Source of the DNA: a virus
Lineage: Duplodnaviria; Caudoviricetes
Direction: 5' to 3' (one strand)
DNA: 42,641 bases
IMG/VR virus record: IMGVR_UViG_3300044448_002764
Span: 1 to 42,641 of that record
Part shown: positions 1-6,369 of the stretch, piece by piece
How positions within the stretch are numbered: position 1 is the stretch's first letter
Layout of the letters: each line of letters begins with the position of its first letter
Notes under the pieces: model-generated
Databases searched by the model: none
The model's input: the letters and a program-made list of their open reading frames with translations, nothing else
What the model was told of the DNA's origin: nothing
Translations under genes and position numbers: made by a program

Positions 1-147
1 TTATATAGTAAAGGCATAAAACCTAACAGACACTGGAAAATATCAAATGTTAAGAAATATTTTGGTATGAATGGTAATGCTGAACTATTATTGCTTAAAT
101 TGGAAAAGCTAAATAGAGTTTTTCATATTAAGGATAAAAGCGAATGA
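1..147 (+). CDS. Hypothetical phage protein, 5'-truncated (…LYSKGIKPNRHWKISNVKKYFGMNG…KSE*)
   Basis: Frame +1 is open from the window edge to TGA at 145-147, which overlaps the next ATG (ATGA coupling). Not in the supplied ORF track. Confidence 0.7.
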   Translation, partial: LYSKGIKPNRHWKISNVKKYFGMNGNAELLLLKLEKLNRVFHIKDKSE

Positions 148-323
148 GTAAAAAAAGAACAGAAGTTGAAGAAATGGTTATATCGGCAATATGCAACTTT
201 TGGCTATGGTATGGAACAGACGAAGAAAGAGATATTGTCGAGGAATATATGGACAACGAACATACTGATTATAATGATTGGTTTGAAATAAAAAAGGACA
301 AGAAAAATGATGAGAACAGATAA
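144..323 (+). CDS. Small acidic hypothetical protein (59 aa)
   Basis: Hand-translated MSKKRTEVEEMVISAICNFWLWYG…ENR*. AAGGA SD upstream and coupled to neighbouring ORFs. Confidence 0.7.
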   Translation: MSKKRTEVEEMVISAICNFWLWYGTDEERDIVEEYMDNEHTDYNDWFEIKKDKKNDENR

Positions 324-480
324 ACACGATGAGTGGGCAAGTAATTGTTGCGATGCTCATCCACAACACGAATACTGGTGGGACGGAGATTATAGTATGC
401 CACCAATAGGCTATTGCAGTAAATGTAAAACTGGGACAGTATTTCAAGTGATAGACGAAAGTAAACTAGACGAGGAATAA
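307..480 (+). CDS. Small Zn-ribbon protein (57 aa; SNCC…CSKC)
   Basis: Hand-translated MMRTDKHDEWASNCCDAHP…GYCSKCKTGTVF…; AAGGA SD upstream. Confidence 0.7.
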   Translation: MMRTDKHDEWASNCCDAHPQHEYWWDGDYSMPPIGYCSKCKTGTVFQVIDESKLDEE

Positions 481-481
481 A

Positions 482-625
482 ATGGAACCATATAATAAAG
501 AAAAATGTCCTAGATGTAAAAGAAAATACAGAGGATATCCTGCTTTGTCTAGAAAAGACAATAAAACAGAGATATGTAGCGATTGTGGAGTAGTAGAAGC
601 GTTATCTGATTTTATCTTACGCTAA
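482..625 (+). CDS. Small Zn-finger protein (47 aa; CPRC…PALSRKDNKTEICSDCG…EA)
   Basis: Hand-translated; two CxxC pairs; GAGGA SD; pattern typical of phage microproteins. Confidence 0.75.
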   Translation: MEPYNKEKCPRCKRKYRGYPALSRKDNKTEICSDCGVVEALSDFILR

Positions 626-641
626 AAAGATAATATTGTAC

Positions 642-671
642 TTGCATTATATATAATATTATTAGTATATT
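642..671 (+). promoter_or_regulatory. Sigma70-like early promoter TTGCAT-N18-TATATT
   Basis: -35/-10-like hexamers in an AT-rich intergenic gap upstream of ORF 709. Confidence 0.55.
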
Positions 672-708
672 AATATAGTTAAAAAATAGAGGTATCAAGA
701 GATTTTGA

Positions 709-906
709 ATGAACGACAAGAAAATAAAATTTACAAACTATTTAAATGAACATGAAATTTTAGATTTGTTGTTTGAAAAAATCCTCGACACAAATACATC
801 AGATTTTTGCAGTGTAGTTTCAAATGTTTTAGGCATGAAAGTAATCTACATAGAAGACAAAGATTTATACATGATAGAGACAAAATTTGAGATAGATATA
901 AATTAG
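709..906 (+). CDS. Hypothetical protein (65 aa)
   Basis: ORF track; follows the promoter; GAGGT upstream. Confidence 0.7.
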   Translation: MNDKKIKFTNYLNEHEILDLLFEKILDTNTSDFCSVVSNVLGMKVIYIEDKDLYMIETKFEIDIN

Positions 907-1430
907 TTTTTTGAAAATATATGGTAAGCAATAAAGCATAGAATGTAAATAGTTTTGGGTTGCTCCTTAATGAATTTGCTGACTATCAGATTATTTTCTC
1001 TTTGGCCAGAGATATATGAATTATTGCTTAAATGGCAAACCTGTATATATATTGTTCTACAAGGTATTACAGGTGCTAACATTATGGAACATGTCCTAGT
1101 AGTCTTATCAAATGATATTGCTATAACCTTAAATGGTTTGATGTTAGGCAGGTGCTGAATTTAAACAAAACAAAAAATAGGGTTGTAATACTCTTGATTG
1201 TTTTGTAGACGGTACAAAACTTATGTTAACTCTGTGCTTGGGAGCATAAGATATTACATTAGTCAAGTTGCTAATTATCAATGCTTTAGTGGTCGACACG
1301 CTAAAATGAGATAATCGCTGACAGGTGTTGTAATATGTATCGTGAGAGCGAAAGCTCCAGACAAGTGTAGGTATCTAGGGGGAACACATAAACCCTCGTC
1401 AGCCATATAAAATTTTTATTGAGGGGATAA
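907..1430 (+). ncRNA. Candidate multi-domain structured RNA block 1 (~500 nt, unknown family)
   Basis: No credible ORF. Stems seen: TAAGCAATAA 925-934/TTATTGCTTA 1021-1030; ACCTGTA 1039-1045/TACAGGT 1068-1074; CTAACATTA 1076-1084/TGATGTTAG 1139-1147; GTTTTGTA/TACAAAAC 1200-1220; GCTGAC 1317-1322/GTCAGC 1398-1403 containing GAGC-GAAA-GCTC; possible closing pair TATATGG 918-924/CCATATA 1403-1409. Confidence 0.65.
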
Positions 1431-1772
1431 ATGGAACATGATATGCTATTAAAAGATTTAATTGATAAGAAAAAAGAAGCAGATTTGCAGTCTGAATATA
1501 TATTACAGAAGATTACAGACAGATTTTTATCAAACTATGGAAGAAGAACTTTAAACTCTTTGAACAATGGAGAGGAAACCTTTAGAAAAAACATAGGACA
1601 AAGATTTATAAACGCCTACAAAAGACAAGGCATAACAACTATTCAAGAATGGTATGATAAGCATTATATATCAGGCTTAGGTTGGAAGATAAGAAACATT
1701 AGAGGTGTTGGTCTAAGAGATACAATAAAAACCTTGAATGAATTAGCAGGATATGAAATATTTAAGCATTAG
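1431..1772 (+). CDS. Protein with RNA polymerase alpha-subunit CTD-like (HhH) C-terminal domain
   Basis: C-terminal IGQRFINAYKRQGITTIQEW…IRNIRGVGLRDTIKTLNEL follows the alpha-CTD pattern R-x2-N-x2-K-R-x-G-I-x-T…I-x2-G. GAGGGG SD. Confidence 0.55.
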   Translation: MEHDMLLKDLIDKKKEADLQSEYILQKITDRFLSNYGRRTLNSLNNGEETFRKNIGQRFINAYKRQGITTIQEWYDKHYISGLGWKIRNIRGVGLRDTIKTLNELAGYEIFKH

Positions 1773-2570
1773 TTTTTTGATAATTTAAAAATTGGCTATC
1801 ATTAGCATGGTAGCAAATAGTTTATAGTTGGACAAAGCACTCACGCAGCTAACGAATTATGGTCCTAGGACATAAGGGATGCTTCTCAGGAAACTGCCAC
1901 AAGTACTATAAACAGGAACTGAATGTGATAAACTTGTTATCAGTCCTTAACGAAAGTAACATTCCGTAAGGCATACAAGAATTACAAACGGAATTAAAGG
2001 CAAGATATTGCCGTAACCTAAGGTGTTCCTTCTATTCCACTTAGGTTCTAGATTTTTGAAATAATTATTAGCAAAGCTCTCTGTGTAGGCCGGTCGAAAG
2101 CCCCGTTGGAATCAAGAAGACGAACTCCAACATAAATAAGTTCCTTGTAAATCGCATCTTTGCTAATATAAACAAGTATGTAACTAGTTTAGTAGCAGAC
2201 CTGAGAAGTTACACTAAGTTTATTCCAGGAACTCATATAATAGCCATAGCACATAGTGAAGGTATTGAGCACTACTATTAAACGAAAAAAAAGCTTGTAT
2301 AAATATAGGGTTGTGTTCTAGCGACACATTAAATGATGTCTTACATTTCCAAACGGATGCTATATCAGCCCTTTAGTTTAAGGCGATGTGGATTAGACGC
2401 ATTTTCTGATGCCTTAATAAAGACGAGGGTTATTAATGTAATATGCTATAGACCCCTCTAAATTGAGAGCCAATAACTGGTCCTGTAAGCTCTTGAAGTA
2501 ACTCAGTTGCAACTGATTGAACCAGGCAAAGGAATATGTGAGGCTCTCATAAATTTTTATAGGAGATAAT
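1773..2570 (+). ncRNA. Candidate multi-domain structured RNA block 2 (~790 nt, ~12 consecutive stem-closed units)
   Basis: Stems seen: GTTTATAGT 1820-1828/ACTATAAAC 1905-1913; ATTCCGT 1961-1967/ACGGAAT 1988-1994; GGCAA-GATA-TTGCC 1999-2012; 2015-2047; TATTAGCAAAG 2066-2076/CTTTGCTAATA 2158-2168; TGTAACT/AGTTACA 2179-2213; AGGGTTG 2307-2313/CAGCCCT 2366-2372; TTAAGGC/GCCTTAA 2378-2417; TGAGAGCC 2464-2471/GGCTCTCA 2542-2549. A-rich linkers lie between units. Confidence 0.7.
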
Positions 2571-2759
2571 ATGAGCAAGACAGTAAATATTTGTAAATTA
2601 AAGATAGACAATAAAGGTAGAATAACACTGCCTAATACATTTTTAAAGGCTAATGGTGTGAAAGTTGGCAGTTATGTTGTGGTTCAACCAATGTATAACT
2701 CTAATTCAATTAAAATTAAATTTGAAGACAAGGAAAAGAAAAATGATAGCAATAGGTAA
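2571..2759 (+). CDS. AbrB/MazE/SpoVT-family DNA-binding protein
   Basis: KIDNKGRITLP swapped-hairpin signature; AGGAG SD. Confidence 0.85.
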   Translation: MSKTVNICKLKIDNKGRITLPNTFLKANGVKVGSYVVVQPMYNSNSIKIKFEDKEKKNDSNR

Positions 2760-2901
2760 TGGAGAGAAATGTCCTTTCTGCGATAAAGTAATGAAGGACT
2801 TTAAAATAGATGGACAAAATAGTATGCAACATTTTATTGACAAGCATCCTAAAGAATTTGAAGAAGCAGTATTTAAAAACATAGGTGGTGGAATATTATA
2901 G
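2743..2901 (+). CDS. C2H2-like Zn-finger microprotein (52 aa)
   Basis: CPFC…HFIDKH. Start moved to ATG 2743 (AAGGA SD) from the track's 2665. Confidence 0.7.
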   Translation: MIAIGNGEKCPFCDKVMKDFKIDGQNSMQHFIDKHPKEFEEAVFKNIGGGIL

Positions 2902-2961
2902 ACATAGAAGAAAGAGAATACCTGCTTATCAAAGAAGTAAATATAAATAGAGGGCAAAAAA

Positions 2962-3552
2962 ATGTGGTCAAAAATGACAGGAAAGTTAGAAGACATCCCA
3001 GCATTGAACACAAATACTCTGACGAATAAATTTTGCAAAGCAATGAGAAAAAGAGAGGACAGTATATGTAGTAAATGTTACTCTTTTTATATGCTTGAAA
3101 GATATCGTAAGAATTGTGCAGATGCTTGGGAGAAGAATTCAAAATATCTATCTAGCAATCTTTTAGATATAAAATCAATACCACCATGTAGCAGTGTAAA
3201 ACTTGGAGTTGCAAGATTTAATGCTCATGGAGAATTAATAAACGAAACACACTTTAAAAACATAATATCAATATGTAATGCTCAACCTCATTACACCTTC
3301 ACTTTATGGACAAAAAAAGTATTCCTTGTTCAAAGGGTGCTAAGGCAAATCGAGAAACCAAAGAATTTAATATTAATATATAGCAATGAATTTATAGATA
3401 CAACAGCGAAACTACCTTCCAAATTTGATAAGGTTTTTAATGTTGCATCTAAGCCTAAAGATTATGTAAATTGCATTGGAAAGTGTAAAGACTGCTTAAA
3501 ATGCTATGACTTACACGATTCAACTGAACAAATTTATGAGGTAATCAAATGA
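2962..3552 (+). CDS. Gp88-like Cys-rich protein (radical-SAM-like fold)
   Basis: C-x10-CSKCY, ARFNAHGEL, FTLWTK, NLILIYS and a C-terminal CxxxCxxCxxC cluster. Confidence 0.6.
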   Translation: MWSKMTGKLEDIPALNTNTLTNKFCKAMRKREDSICSKCYSFYMLERYRKNCADAWEKNSKYLSSNLLDIKSIPPCSSVKLGVARFNAHGELINETHFKNIISICNAQPHYTFTLWTKKVFLVQRVLRQIEKPKNLILIYSNEFIDTTAKLPSKFDKVFNVASKPKDYVNCIGKCKDCLKCYDLHDSTEQIYEVIK

Positions 3553-3758
3553 GTATACCTAAGACTATAACCTCAATGGGAACTGGCACTCTTGAAAAGG
3601 AATTAAACGATATTGAAGACCGTTTAAAATATTTTGATGGAGAGCAAGAAAAACTATACAGAGATGCTTTAAGAAAAGAAGCTTTGAAAAGAGGTTACGA
3701 TGTTAAATATGTTACCAAGCGTGTTTCTTACATAAGACTTATTAGGAAGTATCAGTAA
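3549..3758 (+). CDS. Hypothetical protein (69 aa)
   Basis: ATGA overlap with the upstream gene; GAGGT SD. Confidence 0.7.
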   Translation: MSIPKTITSMGTGTLEKELNDIEDRLKYFDGEQEKLYRDALRKEALKRGYDVKYVTKRVSYIRLIRKYQ

Positions 3759-3783
3759 AGATTTAATTAATAAGGAGACAGCA

Positions 3784-4371
3784 ATGGGAATGGATGTATA
3801 TGGGTTAAACCCCAAGACAGATTCCCCTCGTCCAGACCCACAAGATTACACTAACAAGAATCTTGCTGGAGATGAGTGGGAAAAGATACAAAAGTTAACA
3901 AAAAAACAAAGAGACAAGTTCTACAATAAAAAATGGGATTGGGAACACAACAATAAAGGTGTTTATTTTAGAAACAATGTATGGTGGTGGAGACCATTAT
4001 GGGATTATTGTAAAGGAGTATGCCCAAACATAATAACTGAAGAAAAATGGGAAGAGGGACACCATAATAGTGGATGTTCTTTTACTGAAGAAGAAGCAAT
4101 TGAAATAGGAGATATGCTTAATGAACAATTATCTAAAGGTTTTACCATAGAGTATGAAGCATCCTATAAACAATGGCAACACGACCTTCCTCAAAATGTA
4201 TGTTCTAATTGCAATAATAATAATAGAGGCAACACAAAGAAAAAAGATTGTGCTGTATGTAACACAACTGGGTTTGTAAACGACTGGAACAAATCCTATC
4301 CTTTTAACACAGAAAATGTAAAAGAGTTTGCTGAGTTCTGTATAAATAGTGGAGGGTTTAAAATATGTTAG
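3784..4371 (+). CDS. Conserved phage protein (MGMDVY…YFRNNVWWWRPLW type) with inserted CxxC/CxxC Zn ribbon
   Basis: ORF track; AAGGAG SD; CSNC…CAVCNTTG. Confidence 0.75.
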   Translation: MGMDVYGLNPKTDSPRPDPQDYTNKNLAGDEWEKIQKLTKKQRDKFYNKKWDWEHNNKGVYFRNNVWWWRPLWDYCKGVCPNIITEEKWEEGHHNSGCSFTEEEAIEIGDMLNEQLSKGFTIEYEASYKQWQHDLPQNVCSNCNNNNRGNTKKKDCAVCNTTGFVNDWNKSYPFNTENVKEFAEFCINSGGFKIC

Positions 4372-4685
4372 ATGAAAAGTTAATTAATGATGAGTTAGGA
4401 GATATGAGCGAAGAAGAAAAAGAGTGGTTAGAGACTCCAACAGAAGATTACACAGACCCATTGGTTATTGCTAATGCTCGTATAGCAGACCTAGAAATGA
4501 CTGTCTCTGTATTAAGAGGGGTTGCTAATGAATTGCCATACGAAGACCTTTGGATGGAATTAATTTCAGCTGAAATGTATATAGCAGAACTTGAAGATGA
4601 ATTATTTAGAAATGGAATAAAAAGGCTAAGGAGGCCAACATATGAAGACAAACGAAATAAAAAAAGGAACAAAAATAAGAACTAA
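4365..4685 (+). CDS. Hypothetical acidic coiled-coil protein
   Basis: ORF track; GGAGG SD. Confidence 0.7.
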   Translation: MLDEKLINDELGDMSEEEKEWLETPTEDYTDPLVIANARIADLEMTVSVLRGVANELPYEDLWMELISAEMYIAELEDELFRNGIKRLRRPTYEDKRNKKRNKNKN

Positions 4686-4914
4686 TCAACTTGGACCACT
4701 AGTAGATGGAACAATGGAAGACAATAAAAAAGGAAACATAAGAACCATAAAAACAAATGGCAGTCAAATAGGATTGTTTGATGAAATAGGCTCTGTGTAT
4801 TCTTTTAATATTATCTATGCTATGCAAAAAGGCAGATGGATTAGAGTTGAACATACTCAAAAGCAAAAACACTTAAGAAAACAAATAGATGGAAGTGCAG
4901 GTTTGTTTGCTTGA
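4642..4914 (+). CDS. Hypothetical protein (90 aa, small beta-barrel-like)
   Basis: ORF track; AAGGAGG SD. Confidence 0.75.
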   Translation: MKTNEIKKGTKIRTNQLGPLVDGTMEDNKKGNIRTIKTNGSQIGLFDEIGSVYSFNIIYAMQKGRWIRVEHTQKQKHLRKQIDGSAGLFA

Positions 4915-4920
4915 GAGTGA

Positions 4921-5037
4921 TTGGGTTTTTTATATATGGATGTTGCTGTTTTTGATAGCCGCCATAATGAAGAAAATATATACTTAACCCAAATATTAAA
5001 TGAGGTCTGTGTTATCACTATGGTAACACAGATTCTC
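4921..5037 (+). terminator. Two-hairpin intergenic element (terminator, processing site or small RNA)
   Basis: TTGGGTT 4921-4927/AACCCAA 4986-4992 with inner TATATAT/ATATATA; TCTGTGTTA 5006-5014/TAACACAGA 5024-5032. No U-tract on +. Confidence 0.5.
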
Positions 5038-5071
5038 AATAAATTATCATGATATTTATAAAAAAAATACT

Positions 5072-5099
5072 TTGATAATTCATTTTTTATTATTAAATT
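5072..5099 (+). promoter_or_regulatory. Sigma70-like promoter TTGATA-N16-TAAATT for the recombination/replication operon
   Basis: Hexamers in an AT-rich gap with an upstream A-tract. Confidence 0.45.
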
Positions 5100-5151
5100 T
5101 ATATAGTAGTTATTTAGAGGTTTTTAAAATTATACAAATGAGGAACGATAG

Positions 5152-5889
5152 ATGGTAAAGCAACCTATTGATGTTGAGCAATTGTGGAATTCTCACATTG
5201 AGAATAAGAATGAGCTCAATAGAAAAGAAAGATATGAGGGTAATGAACACTGGTTTCATGGGTCAGCCGCTGGCAAATGTGTTCGTAAAATATATTACGA
5301 ATCAGTGTTAAAAATTAAGCCTACAAATAAAAATTCAAACAAAGGTAATAGAATTCTTAGAGTTGGAACTGTCTTGCATGATGAATTTCAAGATGCCGTA
5401 TTAAAAGGCTTTAATAATATATATAATAATATATATAATATATATATAGAGAAAGAGCATTTAATACAAAATTTGAATGTGCGAGGATTTTCAGACCTAA
5501 TTATAGAGAAGGATGGTGTCTTCTTATATGACTTTAAAACCATAGGAGGTTTTCCGTATAAGATTCGCTTTGAATTCATGCCAAAGTATACCCAAAATGA
5601 TTTAAATGAAATGCAGTTAGCGACTTATGGGTTATCTGTTAAGGAAGAATTTGGTCGGCTCGATGGTATGTATCTTACATTTTTAAACAAAGATACTATG
5701 GATATGAGAACGATTGAAGTAAATAAAAGTTATCTCGATAAAGCAAAAAAGTATTGGGAGAATGTAAATAAAATAGTTGAGAAAGGATTGCCACCTCTGG
5801 ATTATGTGAATTCTCCAGCATATAAGTGGGAATGCAAATGGAAGAATGGTTGTTGTCCTTTTTATGAAAGGTGTGTTAAGGATGGCTAG
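5152..5889 (+). CDS. Cas4-like PD-(D/E)XK exonuclease
   Basis: N-terminal GKCVRK, GTVLH, RGFSD, YDFKT, QLATY and C-terminal WECKW…CCPFYERC (Fe-S cysteines). Confidence 0.85.
   Translation: MVKQPIDVEQLWNSHIENKNELNRKERYEGNEHWFHGSAAGKCVRKIYYESVLKIKPTNKNSNKGNRILRVGTVLHDEFQDAVLKGFNNIYNNIYNIYIEKEHLIQNLNVRGFSDLIIEKDGVFLYDFKTIGGFPYKIRFEFMPKYTQNDLNEMQLATYGLSVKEEFGRLDGMYLTFLNKDTMDMRTIEVNKSYLDKAKKYWENVNKIVEKGLPPLDYVNSPAYKWECKWKNGCCPFYERCVKDG
5413..5447. repeat. Pure A/T tandem repeat (AATAATATATAT units) inside the Cas4-like gene
   Basis: Encodes NNIYNNIYNIYI. Confidence 0.8.
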
Positions 5890-6115
5890 TAAAAGAATAG
5901 ATAGTGATGAAAAAATAATATATGATAGTTCTTCAAGCAGACAAGCACAAGACCAGAAAAGATATAAATCGCTAGGATTATGCATTAAATGTCAAAAGCC
6001 TATATGGAGTGGGGTTAGTAAGAGTTTCTGCGAAAAACACACCATATGGATGCGAGAATACCAAAGGAAGAAGAACGGTAACATTAGAAGAAATAAAGTT
6101 AAGAGTTATTTATAA
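5882..6115 (+). CDS. Basic Zn-finger protein (GLCIKCQKP…FCEKH)
   Basis: Start moved to ATG 5882, overlapping the upstream gene end; CxxC…CxxH. Confidence 0.7.
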   Translation: MASKRIDSDEKIIYDSSSSRQAQDQKRYKSLGLCIKCQKPIWSGVSKSFCEKHTIWMREYQRKKNGNIRRNKVKSYL

Positions 6116-6136
6116 AACAAACAGGAGACGAATACC

Positions 6137-6367
6137 ATGATAAAAAGATGGTGGAGAGAAATAGGTCTTGTTATTTTATTGGTAATAACTTTGAGTTATG
6201 CAATAGATAACAATAACAAACAATGTGAAGTAAAAGAGCAAGTGTTGGAAAGCAATTCAATATCATTTGATGAGGCTTTCAGAAAAGCACATAAAGAGAA
6301 TGGTGCTGGAACAACATTTACTTGGAATGGAAATGAATACAAAGTAGTATTCAGAGAGGACGATTAA
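6137..6367 (+). CDS. Small membrane-anchored or exported protein with SFDEAF…FTWNGNEY module
   Basis: Basic N-terminus plus hydrophobic helix IGLVILLVITLSYA; AGGAG SD. Confidence 0.75.
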   Translation: MIKRWWREIGLVILLVITLSYAIDNNNKQCEVKEQVLESNSISFDEAFRKAHKENGAGTTFTWNGNEYKVVFREDD

Positions 6368-6369
6368 AC

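Noticed and set aside
955-1158. ORF-track 67-aa ORF inside RNA block 1
   Set aside because: TTG start with no SD, atypical composition, and it lies over strong stems; likely spurious.
1313-1404. Fragments reminiscent of the c-di-AMP (ydaO) riboswitch (CGCTGA, GGGGGAAC, CCTCGTCAGC); GGCAAAC at 1034 reminiscent of c-di-GMP-I
   Set aside because: Spacing and the intervening conserved elements do not match. cmscan would settle it.
2088-2135. GCCGGTCGAAAGCCCCG resembles the twister ribozyme P4/L4
   Set aside because: I could not find the UAA cleavage strand, P2 or the pseudoknot partners in the required order.
2199-2290. CTGAGA…CGAAA as a hammerhead core
   Set aside because: It does not match CUGANGA, and stems I-III do not form around it.
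1391-2431. 10-nt perfect complement AACCCTCGTC (1391-1400)/GACGAGGGTT (2422-2431) bracketing the alpha-CTD gene
   Set aside because: One such match between two regions of this size is plausible by chance, and both segments have local partners.
907-2570. CRISPR array, tRNA cluster or group I/II intron as the explanation for the non-coding blocks
   Set aside because: No direct repeats, canonical T-loops, CCA ends or intron core motifs, and the flanking genes are not interrupted.
2885-2950. 21-aa basic GTG-start ORF (MVEYYRHRRKRIPAYQRSKYK)
   Set aside because: Too short to support from sequence alone, although it fills the gap and is Arg-rich.
5152-5889. Cas4 as evidence of a CRISPR-Cas system
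   Set aside because: No cas1, cas2 or array. Solo Cas4-like nucleases next to Sak and SSB are ordinary phage recombination genes.
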